64,000 nt of DNA from contig LPNZ01010852.1 in NCBI GenBank assembly GCA_001655205.1, positions 8,273-72,272 of the forward strand, given 5' to 3'. This document shows, in pieces, positions 24,145 through 38,341 of this stretch. The notes under the pieces were generated by a model. That model did no database searches and had not been told where the DNA came from. It saw only the letters and a program-made list of their open reading frames with translations. The DNA is from Lenisia limosa (lineage: Eukaryota; Protista; Breviatea). The position numbers and the translations under genes are program-made. Positions within the stretch are counted from its first letter, which is position 1; each line of letters starts with the position of its first letter.

Positions 24145-27100
24145 TTAGATGCGGTGGCCTGATGCAGGATCAGCAGTGCGTGGCCGTGGAGCGCTACAGT
24201 TATTAATCCATGGTCAAGATGGCGATTTTAAGGGGACAGGACATCAGTATTGAGATGAAGAAGGCAACTCACCGTTCAACGTCTTTCCATCCACAGCAGG
24301 CGTGACGCATGCGGTGCCACAGGCGCTGGAACCAGTTCATCTTCTCGTGGCGGCGTACACTGCAGGGTGAGAATGGCAATGCAAAGATAGATACAGAGGA
24401 CACGCGGCGGCGTACTTGACACGAGGCTGGCCGGGAGTGCCGGCGGCGGCGGCGTCGTCATCGTCACCATCCACCATTCGGGCGCCTCCGAACATCTCAT
24501 CGTCAACGGTGCCGGTACGGACAACCTGGGTGGTCATTTCGATGTAGGAGGGTATCGGGAGGAGGAGGGGGTGAACGCAGAACAGCACAATATTCAATGC
24601 AGATGATAATCGAAAAGTTAACCAAGAAGAAACGTATCAGAAAGACAAGCATTGGCCTAGCCCACCTCCTTTGGAGCGGAGTTGGTGTGGCCAAGTTTAC
24701 CCCAGTCCACACGGGCTCCTCCGCCCGGTCCGCGGTAGTAGTCACCTAGGGATGTGAGACAATATGCAGGGAGAGAAATATATTTGTAGCAACCAGGAAA
24801 AACGGCTGAGTAGTTGCGGAGGTTGGCTTGAGAACAAAAGGACAAAAGGACCCACCAAGCTTGACGAATTCCGCGTCGTCAGTGGCCGTCGTGGCCGTCT
24901 CGGCCTCCATCTCCATCTCAACGGTTTTGGTGGTGGGAGCAAGAAGGCGCTCACGTCTGGCGCGCATCGGTTCGGCCTTGGTGGACAGACGCGATTGCTG
25001 GTACTGCATCGTGAGATGTCCACAGTTACAAGGTGATGGTCAGAAAGGAGGGTGAAAACAACGCCCAACATACGACGGTCTTAGGACGACGAAGGTAGAA
25101 CACGGCGGCGGCGGCCATGATCCCGCCTGAGGTCAGGAAGAACAGCAGGAACTTCCACCAGTCGCCCTCGTTCTCCCATGCCGTGTCAAGGGAACGCGCA
25201 ATGTAAGTGCCACTGAGAGTGGTGGCAATGATGCGATAGTGCACCTGGGGGGGGGGGGGNNNNNNNNNNNNNNNNNNNNNNNNNNNNNNNNNNNNNNNNN
25301 NNNNNNNNNNNNNNNNNNNNNNNNNNNNNNNNNNNNNNNNNNNNAAACGACACAGACAACTGAATGAGAGGCCTACAGTGATTCCGTTGTTGAGGTTGGC
25401 GCCCATAAGGCCGTCTTCAATCTCAAGACTAGTAGTGTTGGTCACAAGCTCGAATTCCGAAGATGAGCCGCTGCAGCCTATAGCGTTAGAGATATGCGGT
25501 GGTTTCAACAGTGCATCTTGCGAAGTGACCATAGCATATGATATGATAGCTCCAGCCTACCGCTGCAGTCGGTGGCTCTGCGGTAGTAGCTGAACGTCAC
25601 GTTGCCGACATCGTCAGGGAAGTAGAGTGGCTCAAGCTTGATGCGAAGTCTGAAGGTCAGGGGGGAGTATCCTTTGTAACGTTGTGATATTGATTGTCAA
25701 ATGTCCTGTTGCAAGAGAGCATTGTCACAGCCCCACAAACTTCCAGTCAAACCAGCCGCCGATTTCCTCGAACGCAACATGGATGAGAGGGACCTGCTTG
25801 TCGGTGTAGCCAACTGCGGGGTCAAAGGGCACTCAAGTCAATCATCTTGGTTATCATTCTCAACCATCAGTTCAACAAGGGGCTCACGGCTCATGCTCTT
25901 GTCAACCTTCTGCGTGACGCGGACCTCACCCGCAGTGTCCGTTAGGTCAATGGAGCCTTCAACGGAGTCCTGCAGGTCAATCCAAGGAAACGTATGCACC
26001 GAAATTACAGCACAGAATTGTGAGTTTGATGCCGCTTATGCCATAATGGACCCGGGAGTGGACCCCGATATTTATATTACATCCCCAGGTTCCATTTACT
26101 GTTATTGCCTGATCTCAAAACCAACACCACGCATACCACAATGATAAGCTCACTGGGTGAGCCGCGGCGGCGGTTGTCGTAAACAATAAAACTATCATCC
26201 TGGGGGGTTATTGGGAAAAGAGAAAAACTAATGGAAAATGAATAGTAGTACAGTACAAGATTGAGAGAGTTGCATGAATCATCAAAGGGCCTCAGTGACA
26301 GTTGCAGACCTGGGGAGGATTGACAAGGAGGTCAATGGTAACTCCGAGAGCCTCTCCGGGGGGAAGGTACTTGTCGCTGTTGATGACGAGCTTCTGGACC
26401 GGAATCTTGTTTTCATTGATAGTCTAACGGGTCAGGCTGGGACAAGAAAAAAACAATCTTTGAATGATCAATTGCTAGTGTTGCAAAAGGTTGGCAGAAG
26501 CCTACGTTTTCAACGGTGTAGGGGTAGATGATGGAGTCGGGCTTAATGATGACGTTGATGGGAATGTAGCAGGCCATGTCGACGTGGTATGCCGTGCGGT
26601 CTCCGATGTTACTGAGGGGTCACTTCCATCACAATATACTGTGACCAGGATAAGTCTTGACCTATTTTCCTTGGGAAAACACATAGCAAATCGGTCAAGA
26701 CTTATCCCAGTCACTGTATATCACATAGCAAATCGGTTTATCCTCTGTCATTGAAAATATTCCGAGCTTTTTGAGCCCCCCCCCCCACGTGATAGTCAGG
26801 ACAATTTGAGTGTCGGTAGTCTCACCCTGGTACATGTACTACAGATTGTGTCAGAAGCTAACGTTGGAGGCATGTAGAGGCAAATGATTGCGGACTTCAT
26901 AACAGACAACATATTATCCTAGTTGGCCAGACCCCCTCCCCCACCTGGGTGTCAGTGACTTCACCATCCGCATTAATGATGCCGCCGGTGAAGGTCACGC
27001 TCAGCCACGCGCCATGTGCTGATACGCTGGCGCCATAGCCCACTGATCGGCTGTCTTCCTGTCGCAGGGTAAGAAATAGTGTTATCAGGGCAAAGATTCC

Positions 27101-30100
27101 TCATGTCTCCAGTTCAACCGTAAGTACAGCCCAGCATAGGCCCACCTTCTCAAAGTGCGTGAGGTAGTTGATGAAGCCATTGTGCGACTGGACGTTCCAT
27201 CCACGAGGCTGCTGGGGGGTGTCGTAGCGGATGATGAGCTGAGTGCGGGCAATATCCGGACCTGGAAAAATATGAGAACTCGATTTCGTAATCCTCTTCA
27301 CACTATCCTATCCTATTCAGATAACATTCTTGATATAAGCAGTGCGTACCGGCAGTGGAAGGGACCTTGTAGGGGAAGTGCTTTCCGTTAGCCTGGGTCA
27401 GGTCGAAGTGGGCATTGTTGGCCGTCTGGGCATGAGCAGAAGATAGAGGGCCATATTGGATAAAATGAGAAGGGTGCAAGATTCAAAACATGTTACATTG
27501 TTAAATGGATACATGGTGAGGGCGAATGAGAACAGCGGAAAGTAGCATACCTTTGAATGGACTTCGACAGAGAACGGAATGTCTGAATTGGTTGGTCTAA
27601 GAGGAAACCAGGAACATTTTTTTGTCTTCAGGTAATATACATGTACAGTGACCGGGATAAGTCTTAACCGATTTGCCAAGTGATATCCCAGGGAAAATCG
27701 GTCAAGACTTATCCTGGTCAGTGTACACAAATCAAAACAAGGATAATGAAAGAGCGTACTGGTTCCCTTGCAGGTCTTCCAGAAGTCGTCCAAGGCGGTT
27801 CTTCTCTCATCCTCAACTGTGGCAGCAGCACGACGCAAGCTGCAGCGGTAAGGTGTGGAGGGATGAGGAATTGTGGAGGTTTTAAACACAGTTGAAAGCA
27901 GAACAAGGCAAACTCATCAACAGTCTGCGTGGAGACTTCCTTGATGCCGGTGATGGTGTGAAGGTTGTTGTAGCGGATAACCGTGTCTAGGCATGTCAGA
28001 TGGGTCAACGTGAATTTAAACACTCATATATAAAAAAAGTGAGTTTTTCATTAAATCATAAGGATGACAGGACCCACCAGTGAGTTGCGCGTAACCCCAG
28101 GTGTGGAAGATTTTGCCTTCGTGCTCGCCTGACAGGTATGGGAATCCAATGTAGCCACTAAAGTGTCAGAGCACATCGGGCGGGAGGGGGGTCTAACCTC
28201 GGGATCTTGAGAGAGTAGTCATGGTAGCCCTTCTTGGTGGGGTCGGAGTCTTCTCCAGGAAGCTCATGGAAATACTTCGGAACAATTTCGAACTGAAACG
28301 TCAAACATGGCAACGGGAGCTGTTAATGTAGGCCGAGCTTACGTCGATGGGGAGCATCCGGCCGCGGACAGAGTCGGGAAGGGAGTCCTTGACGGTCACC
28401 TTGTAGTAGTACAGGCCGCTAAAGCCATCGCGGATCGTGACCACGTTAATGTTCTGCATTGTGAGACAAAAGAGCCTTCATGACAAACCTCAAAATCGAA
28501 AGCCAGAGGCGCAGTGTCGATGTTGTGGTCGGAAGGCTCAATAGTAATGTGCTCGCGGATTGAGGGGTCAACAGTCACGTCAATGAAGCTGGAACGTGAG
28601 CAATGCTGGCGGTTTTTATATAATGATAAGACCAGCAGACTTGTACTTCCTGGGCGCGAGGATGGTGTGGACGAAGCCGCTGAGAAGGTCGTGTCCGCTA
28701 ATGGGCTATACAATGAGCCATGTTGAGCAGCGAAGCAACTTGCTTCTTGTCATACCATGGCATCGATGACGTCAGATTCGATCGCTCCGTTGACCATGTT
28801 CCAGTCAAAGCCGGCGTTGTTGAAGACCTCGATCTTGATGTACGTGACTGAGCCCTTTTCGAGGATGCATTGAGAGCCGTCGTAGCCTCCAACATAGGTA
28901 CTAATTGCAACGTCTCCGAAGCTGAAACGTCAAAACAATGGCTTGGAAGATAAAGAAACGTTAAAACAACGGTTTTGAAGACAAAGATACTTGAAAAGCC
29001 ACTCCAGGGGAAATGATGTGCCAAGCAGGCCTACCCATAATGGTTGATGTAGATGGGCATGGTCCATTCGCGCTCCTCTTCAGGGGGGTCGGCAATCCTG
29101 GAATGGTGAATGGAGCGCTCCATGCAAAGCCGCCTACTCTACGATGCCGAAGTGCAGAGAACTGAACGTGAGAGCCGAGACAGGGATGGCCTCATAGTTC
29201 ATTTCAAGATCGTGTCTACTCGATAAAAGATCGCTTCCCTAATACAAATACAGTTCTGAATAAATCTTGGGTCTTTTGTGAAATAACGTCTTCCTTGATT
29301 AACTTGTTTCACTATTGACTCCGTACCTGATGGCAATCATGGTGCTGACGGGGTCGTCAACAATGAGATAAGCGTTGGGTCCGAGGGCTGGGTTCCAGTA
29401 CACAACTGCTCAGTCAATATCGTTACGAGATTATTGCTGCTCTTCAATCCTCCCACATCTGCCTCCGTCTTGGACTTTGGTAATGCCTTCCTGCTTGGTG
29501 AACTCAAGGGGCTCCAAGCTGTACAGAATGTTGATGGTTTCCTGGGGGGGGGGGGGNNNNNNNNNNNNNNNNNNNNNNNNNNNNNNNNNNNNNNNNNNNN
29601 NNNNNNNNNNNNNNNNNNNNNNNNNNNNNNNNNNNNNNNNNNATGATACAGAACAATACCTTGGCGTTTCCTCTGAGTGCGGCGGCGAAGTAGAGCCAGT
29701 CACGTGGCGTCGGGGTCTCAAGAAGGTTGTTGTAGGTATGGATGTTTTCTGCAAGGAGGAAACGAAGTGTAAAGGGGATGATAGAGTAATTAACCCAAGA
29801 TAAGATACTTGGGGATGATAGAGCAATTAAACCAAGATACCTGGGGTGTACTGCGGGACAGAGACATCGCAATCGTAGTTAACCAGACGGTCATCATCCT
29901 TGTCCAGAGTGTGATCAATGGGGACACTACAGGGTAAGATCCGCAGCTGATGCTAACGCTTACATGTTGTTTTGGTACACGTTGAGCGGGTACGTGGCCA
30001 TGCGGTGGTCGGCCTGACAGGTCAATATCATCCCCAATTCAATTCTAAATGCCGTTCTGGTCCGTTTGATGCCCCCTCCCCTACACGAGGGTCAACCTTG

Positions 30101-33100
30101 ATGCGGTTGCGGTTGAAGAGGCAGCCATAAATGTTCTTCAGCCCGGTGCGCTGCATGGCTAAAACGTCAAAATCAACACAACGTGCTCGTCATCGGTCGG
30201 ACCATTGCATGCCCCAGTTACCAGGAGTGAGGTTGTCGAGCTTGTCAACAGACACCCATCCGACTTCATCTGTCAGCAGGTCCTTATCCACGGAAATGTC
30301 GTTGGACGTTGACTACATTGTGAGCGGCTTCGGATGGCCAGGATCACAAACCTGTCCGGCAATGAGGGTATGGTCCTTGTTCTGCAGGTTGTCAGACCAC
30401 CATCCCTTATGGTCTCCATAGCGGCCGTGTCCTCTGCTTTGTCAGTATTTGTTGCTGCATGAAGTTGATGTATTTGCGCTACAATGTTCTTCAAAAAAAA
30501 CCCTCCAATGTAAGCAGTATTTCAAAAAGAACTCACCTGTCAGGCGAATAGGCCATGTTGTATCCGACACCCTTGAAGAGTGGGAAGGCAATGATGTTGT
30601 GGGGGTGCTTGGAATGGTCGATATTGGGAATGCGGTTGTCCATGTCTGAAGCGTGAAAACGGCTTTAACGCTAGTCACTCACGGTTTTTGTCGCCCTGTC
30701 ACTCACGGTATTTGTAGCCGATGTCGAACGGGGTGTCATCGTAGTCGTAGTGCTGAAGGTTCCACATGTTCTCCTTGATGTAGTTCTTGGGCCAGTAGTC
30801 CGCGGTCTGCTTCATGTAGTTGAAGGGATTGCAGTATGGGTCGGGGTCCACGGCTGAATCGTGTCAATATCACATGAAAGAAAGGAAGTACAATTAAAGC
30901 GTATTGTAATAGTATACTACATAGGTATATGATGTATTGCAATATACTACAAGGTAATATATGATAATGCTAAATAGTTGGTTGTTAACACAAAAAAAGC
31001 AGACAATGTCCGCAGCACCCACCCTTTTCGGTGTTCATTCTGTGGAAGGTGGGCAGGTCCTTGAGACCGTCGCATCCGTCATACCACTCCTCCGTGGCAG
31101 CGCAATGCTTGGCTTGCTACAATGTCACAAAATGATATCAATGTTGCTGGCTAAACGGTTTTCCCAATTATGATTTGAAGACAACAAAAAGAGAAAAAGA
31201 AAACCGGGCCAGACCTGGATGAGATCACGTTGTTCGTCATTCATTTCTTGACAAGCCAGGGTGGTCTCCTCCTTCATACATGCGCCATAAGAAGCATCAA
31301 AGGCGGTCTGGTGGGTTAGAGGGCACTATGAGTGTTCTTCATTTGGGTTAAAAAAAAAAAGAAAATCATCAATATGAAGGTCTTTTTTTGGAACGCACGT
31401 TGAGGTACTGAGTAGTTGACTGGAAGTCGTCAGTGAGCTTGCCGTCAAGCTGCCCGTCAAGGAACTTCCTGAAGGGCTTGCTGGTGAAAAGGTACTCGTT
31501 GGCCTGGCAGTATGTTGGCTCAAAGGACTTGGGATAGTTGTTGATGAGTTTGACTTGCGCCTTGATCGTCATCTCCTCGTCTGAAGNNNNNNNNNNNNNN
31601 NNNNNNNNNNNNNNNNNNNNNNNNNNNNNNNNNNNNNNNNNNNNNNNNNNNNNNNNNNNNNNNNNNNNNNNNNNNNNNNNNNNNNNNAACTCCTAACAAA
31701 AAGGATGAACAGCTTACCTCTTGTTGTATTGGTGATGGACAGCCTCGAAAGTTGTGGTCATCCAGAAGTTACTGAATGATTACTCAAGTAATATATAGAA
31801 TTCCTCAACAAAGAGAAAGCCGCAGCACCAACCGAAGCGGAGGGGGAATGGGAGGAATGTCGAAATACACAGTGCGGATGGGCTGGTGCCATTGCCGTCC
31901 CCAGATATCCTTCCTGCGGCGTTAACGGACCTGGCACGCAGTACGCCTACCAAGACATGTGCGACGTGACAGGGATGGCAGGGATGCTGAGCGACAGGCC
32001 AGTGTTGACGTACTCCCGGAAGGGCACGGAGGAGATACCGAGGGTCACGGCCATGTTGAAGGCATTGGAACGTGACACCACACCGGTGCTGAGGGATGTT
32101 AACTGTTCTTGCATGGCTTGTTTGGTTACCTTGCTTGAGGGTGGAACTCAATGGCACCCCACACGGTCTGATGGGCCTTCATTTCCTGGACGTAATGGGC
32201 GGTGCGAACCTGGGGGGTGAATCCAATACTTAAGTAAAGCAAGACATTGAAGAGTGGTACAACTCCTTTAAAAAGACGTCAATGAGTGGTACGACGAAAT
32301 TAGTTGTCCCTCCTACAATGGGGTTGATGGCCTCGTAAGGCATCATGTAGGTTTCGTTGTTAAACGTTCCGCGCGAGAGGCGATGATGCAGCCTGAATTG
32401 TCAGTTTGGCCGAATTATGTTTGCGAGTATCCCCATTAAATTGTATCTTTAGATTTTGTGAAAGAAGTGACATTGAGACGTATGAAGAAATGAATAACGT
32501 ACTTGATGGCGGGTAAGTCGTAATACAAAGTCTTGTTCATTGTCACGGTAGAGTAGTCGGTGTCGACAACGGTAAAAGCCTCATAAGGACGCTCGGCGTT
32601 GGGAATGGACATGTCGAACTCCAGCCTGAACGTCAACCAAGCAAGAAGCCAGCTTACTTGGAGGCTTCGAAGTCGACTGTGAAGACGTCTGGAGCACCGG
32701 AAAGGTACTGGAAGACAACCTCCATCTGCGAGTCCTTGCCGTCGCTTTCGTTGGGCATGTTGCCGCGACGGAAATACATCTCAACAACGTTGCCCGTCAC
32801 GGTCGTGGAAATAACCGCCACCTAGGCCATAAGCTGTCTTTGATGGCCATAAGCTGTTTTTTTTATAAGGAACCGGACACGCACCTGGTCCGCAGCGAAT
32901 GTGATTGCTTCGAGCTCAATGGCGTTGGCTGGGAGGGTCACACCAGCAGGCAGCGTGAATCTGCAGATACCGCCTCGTCTATTGCGTTAGAACAGAACTT
33001 GTCAAATAAGGCTTGGTGTTGTGACTGGTGGCAACAGACCTGGTCAGCTCCGGTTTGAGGATGAAAGTGCCTCTCCAGGCGTACAGAATACGGACGTTGT

Positions 33101-36100
33101 TGTAGGTACCGTAGCTGGGATATGAAATCCAAAGTAGACCTACTTGACATCTTCCATTGAGGGGTCGTAGTACCACTCGTTCTCTCCGTTGATTCCAATC
33201 TCCTTGACAAAATACATGGCCTCGTCTCCGCTGGTGATCTGCTGTTGGCCGTAGGCAAGCTGCGGAGTTAATGCTACCATCAAGATGAATATTAGGGCTC
33301 AGCTTTGCATCATTAAGAGAGGACATGATGATGAAACACATACCGCGACCGGCATAAGCCAATGAGTGAGACGGGTCTTGCCACCAGTCAAGGCGTCCAG
33401 AGCCTCCAGGTCGACCTTGTTGTTGTCACAGCGCTCCAGAAGGCCGTTACTGTAGTGGTGTGACTTCTTGCCACGGGGGTAGTAGGCTCCTGAGGCCTTG
33501 GTGGAGTCGAAGTAGCCTTCAACAACCTTGTTACCGGAGGCGCCGCCGTAGCCGGAGATGCAATCCTACAATGTCAGACGGACAGGTGATACGTTGGAAT
33601 GAGATTCTACTTACGACACTTCACACTGCCATCATGTTTATCCAAAGATTATGGACATAACCCAAGATGGGTGGGGCTGTAGTTGATTTGGACATACCCC
33701 AAGATGGGTGGGGCTGTAGTTATCGACAGTGTAGATGTCACCACTGTTGTAGCCTTCACTATGGGGGTATTTGGCTACACAAATCAATGACGCATCGAAC
33801 ATTAAGGTAAATACATATAATAGGCCTTGACTAATTGCACTCCTCGCAACCCACTGAAGATGGTTTTGAGGTAGAACGTGTCAACACGCGAGAACAGCAG
33901 CTCGGCCTTGAGCCTGTTGCCGTCAGGATGCATGGCCCATGAGGGTGGCGCTCCTCCAGCAAACTGTCAGTGTCAGTGTTGGATTGAAATCATACAGTGA
34001 AGGATAATAGTTCAAGACTTATCTCAGTCACTGTAGGTACAACAATGTTTCAATTCATTACGACGCCAACTCACGGCGTCGTCAATGGGGTGCGAAGCGT
34101 AGCCCTCCACAGTGTTCAGATCGTGGAACGGCATGAGGCGCTGAGTGGCGTGCTCGTAGAACTGCGCACTGTCGGCGAAGTAGGCCTGATGGTAAGAGCT
34201 TGATTCAAAGCCTAGGAAACGTTGACTGATTCAAAGCCTGGAAAACGTTGAACATTCGGATCTCACCTGCTTGATGACGTTCTTGTCATGGTCCATGTTA
34301 GTGGCCATGTTACTGCCGGGAACTAGATGGTCAGAAGAGCCACTATCACGCTGGTGACAAAAGCCCGACACACACCTTTGTTCATGTCTTCGATGGGGTC
34401 GCCACCGACACCGTCAGGAATGACCTCGGCACGGGGGTACTTGAAGAACTTGACGGGAGTGTCCCAGTTGGCTCCGAGCCTGTTGTTGCGACTGGCGAAC
34501 AGACGGAAGTCCAGGAAGTCCTCCTCGCGAGGGTCTTCAAAAGACGTCATGGGGTAGACATAGTCGGCCACCTGTGGAGTCAGAGAAAAGAGGCTGGTGA
34601 CTCACCTTATTGACCTCCTTCTTGTAGTACATGTAGTCGAAAGTCAGCGGCGTGCACGTGCCCTAGACGGTGATGACAGATCAGAGATCAGCCTACGAGT
34701 TGGTCAGAGCCGTCAAGGACGGGTGACACGAGGGCAATGGTGTTGGTGTGCCAAACGTCAAGCGCCATCGTCTCTTCCTGGAGAAAATCAACCTCAAAAT
34801 TGACTTGAAAAGCGCGAAAGCAATTAGATATGGACACGCCGGCGCACCTTGTTCTCAGCCCACACGACTTGGTCGGTGAACGCACCCTTGCCCGGGATGG
34901 GGTAGTGACCGAGAGGGTCGAGGTTGGCGTCGGTTCGGATGAGGGCCGCCATTGCGGCGGCGATGGTGATGGCTCCGTAGTCGGCTGTGATCTGGAGATC
35001 GTTTCTCCTGAGGCGGGTTATCAAGGAGGAAAGCATGGAACAGATGCTGATGAAAAAAAAAAGCAGAAAGAAAAAAACTAGGGCAAAATGAGGATGTGAT
35101 TACCATGGGATAGTGTAGAGGATGACAGGCTGGATGAGAGGGACGGCGTCACGGACTTGGGTGATTAAAACGTCCTCGATGAAGATCTGTAAAGTTAGAT
35201 GGAGCTTGCAGTGCCACGTCATCATTACCTTGAAAGTGACAGACATTTGACGATGTGCAGGCACACCCATGTCTGAGGCGCAGATGTAACTGAACGGTAA
35301 GACAGGAACGCCTAGAACGCGCGAGGAAGTCGTTAACCAGGGCCTACCGGAGATTCCTGTCCATGAACTCGGGGGCCGTGGTCCCGGGCTGGAGCGAGCA
35401 GCCGGCTGGCGCTTCGATGACATAGCAGCCTTGGGCAATGAACACCTTCAGAGGTCAGTCAGCACAAGGGGTGGGGGTGGGATTTCAGCTTCGAATCGAA
35501 AATAAACAAGAGACCTCCGCTGACCTCAAAACTGTTGACGGTGATCTCTTGATCGTAGACGTTCATCATTGTGGAGCTGACCTGGACCAGTCACAACACC
35601 ATTGAAGACCTACAGAAAGCTGAATCTGCTCGAGGGCAGGGATGACCTCAACGGGGGTGTCGACAGCCGAGTTGAGCACCAGAGGACGAGAGGTAGCGGC
35701 CCACACCGGGGAGAGAATGTACGGGTAATAAGTGGAAGATCTGAAAAAGTGAGACGCAGACGACCTCCGGTAGCGCTTACCCAAGAGGCCGTCCAAGATT
35801 GATGTAGACCTGACCCTTGCCGTAGAAGCGGTGCATGAGCATGGGAGCAGGATCGGTGACACGCACAGTGTCCATGACGCCGCTGATGATGTTCTTCTTG
35901 AAGTACTCCACAGTGGTCATATCAACGGTCGCGACAGTCTATGGTCATTAACAGCACTGCGCAGCCAACCTTGAGAGAGCCCTGCTTGGCCACGACGGGG
36001 ATGGTGCTGATTCCGATGCGGCGCCGGCGGTCACTTTCCTCTTGGCTCCACTACACCGTGAGACAAATCGACTTAGAGAAGGAGCAAACCTTGAGGGCGG

Positions 36101-38024
36101 AGAAGCAGGCCATGCGGTGGGCAAAGGCCTCGTCAGTGTCGCCGAGAGTGCCCTGGTCTGTGATGTTAGAGCTCTTTCATTATCTGTCTCGACGCCAACC
36201 AGGCATGTCAAGAAGGTCGCAGCCCTCAATGTAGGCGCTAGACTTGCTCTTGACTGTGTCCAGAACATTGGTCATGTCGAAAGTGCCGGAAGTAACCTGG
36301 TGAAATAAGACGGAAAATGGATTGGGTCCCATTACAGGACTCGCATACCAGGTTAAGCTTCTCAGCAATCCAGGCACCCTTTTGCGAAGCGAAAACAGTT
36401 CCACCTGCAAAGTTAGGGATGATAAATGCGATAAGGGATTGGTAATCTGCCAGTTCACCCACCAGATGACACCCAGCTGCGGATCTTGCTGGCACCGCCG
36501 CTGCCAATCTTGTTCATGATCTGGTCAACACCAAGAGCTAAAATGTGAACAATGTGCTGACAGAAGAAGACAAACTGCACATGCCTCATAAACAACACAA
36601 AAGTATTAGTTCAACAAACCATAGATGTTGCTAATGATGAGAGTCTCGAAGCGGCGCTGGCCGTTGCTGGCCATGAGAATGCCTTCCTTGATGTCGTTGG
36701 GGGTGACAAGAACCAGGGACGCTTCCTCGGGAGTGGCTGAAACGTCAAGCTGTGACTTTCAATGCATCATTATCAAAACACTGTCTTTCCTCCCACCAGT
36801 GTCGGCAATGTACTTGTGGTAGCCGTCGGAGTCCTGTATAAGGGTTAAGTTTACGAGTTCCCTCAAAGCAACAAATCAACCGCTCCCCAAGTCAAACAAA
36901 TTGCTCCAACCAAACGCCTACCCAGCATTGCTTGAAGCGAGAGCCAGTCCAGGACTTCAGGGGGCTGCAGAAGCTGGAGGCCTCGGGGAACAGAGGCATC
37001 TTCTCCCCTTGTACGGTGCCCTCTGACTGGTTCGTGAGACGACATAAAAAGAAACTAGAGAAAAAAACTTACATAGAGAATAGCAACACCACCATTGTAG
37101 ATAGCCTTGGCTTTGGTGGCGTCCATATCAGTGTTAGCAAAGATGCGGTAGATGAAGGCTTCAGCAATGTCCTCATCCTCAAGCCCAGCACTGGACAGGC
37201 TGATGATGGCACCCTGATTGGTCACAATTATACCTTTTACAGTCCTTTAACATTTTACGACAAAAAAATAAACGCATTTCCTTTTTAACAATGTCAAAAT
37301 ATGCTCTTCACTCACAACCTAATCAAGAAACTCCAATATAGGCATGTATGTGTTTCATATCAAAAGAACTAATATACCGCCACAGCTCACATCAGGGAAG
37401 TGGATAGCAGTTGAGTTGACTGTCTTGGTGAAAGCGTAGGGGTAAACCAAGAGTTGAGCTCTATGGAGACGGAGATTTGATGATACAAAGCGATAAGCGT
37501 TGTAAATTGATTTTGTAGTCAGTTCATCGTAGGCGTCAGTGGAGTGAAGGTACTAGAAAGGTAAATCGAAATCGGAAGAATAGTAAATCAACCCTCGGAC
37601 ATGCTACGCGCTGTGCATACCTGTATTTGTCCAAAAGGAATAAAGGCAACTTCATCAACAGAGATTGGTTCAATGCCACGTCTATGGCCATTCACTAAAA
37701 AATATAATGTCGGACCAAATCCCAAGGATTTATATTGACTCTCAAACCTTCATTGCCATCAGCAGAAAGTCCTGCAAAAGAACCAGTAGCATCCAACTCA
37801 GCGTCTTTGTTGATACTATTGCGGGAGACGAATGGCAGACCGGTATCTGCTTCAAATTCATTCGGATAGTCTTCAAGGGGATCAGTGGGGAACTGGACTT
37901 CTCTATCCCTCTCTTCAACAGTGTTTTCTAGCGGAAGAGTTTTAAAGGGGAGCACCTCAAAACATGACGCCAAAGAGAGAAACGTTAAAAATATTGTTAA
38001 TAGTAGCCTAAAGGAGCCTCTCAT
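24145..38024 (-). CDS. Giant type-I membrane/surface protein of unrecognised family (roughly 2,500 aa by rough estimate)
   Basis: Signal peptide MRGSFRLLLTIFLTFLSLASC; a continuous chain of minus-strand exons over ~13.9 kb; one TM helix (FLLFFLTSGGIMAAAAVFYL, ~25090-25160) followed by RRPK and a ~165-aa cytoplasmic tail; stop TAA at 24145-24147. Four N-gaps prevent full reconstruction. Confidence 0.75.
26639..26716. mobile_element. MITE family B copy (78 bp, Tc1/mariner-like), intronic
   Basis: TA|CTGTGACCAGGATAAGTCTTGACC...GGTCAAGACTTATCCCAGTCACTG|TA. Confidence 0.85.
27646..27723. mobile_element. MITE family B copy (78 bp), intronic
   Basis: TA|CAGTGACCGGGATAAGTCTTAACCGATTT...AAATCGGTCAAGACTTATCCTGGTCAGTG|TA. 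Confidence 0.88.
33653..33721 (-). repeat. Tandem duplication of exon end plus 5' splice site
   Basis: Minus strand: aactacagccccacccatcttggg(g/t)tatgtcc occurs twice. Confidence 0.8.
33995..34033. mobile_element. MITE family B, internally deleted copy (39 bp)
   Basis: TA|CAGTGAAGGATAATAGTTCAAGACTTATCTCAGTCACTG|TA. Confidence 0.7.
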
Positions 38025-38341
38025 CTTTCCGAAAAAAAGTAGCGAACTTTATTGGAGAAACAAGTATGGAGGTTTTGATAACCAACGTCTACACAACTAA
38101 ACTAACATATAACAAGTAATTTTTGCCGCTGATGAAAGCATTTTTTTTAAACGATAATATTGTTTCAAAGTCATCCCCAGGTGATGTTATTATATTTGCA
38201 AATTGGCATTTTCCAAATCCAGAATTTTCAATCGCACTATCACTGCTCAATAATATTATATATATTATCAGTATATTATCGAAGAAGAGAAGAATATATT
38301 ATATAGTATAAAATTAGATTCTTCATATAATACAACCAACC

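Noticed and set aside
34196-34252. Duplicated AG-containing repeat as alternative acceptors in the giant gene
   Set aside because: Both lead to stops; the frame is restored by a downstream acceptor (cttA-ccatcag|GCC TAC), so the repeat is purely intronic.
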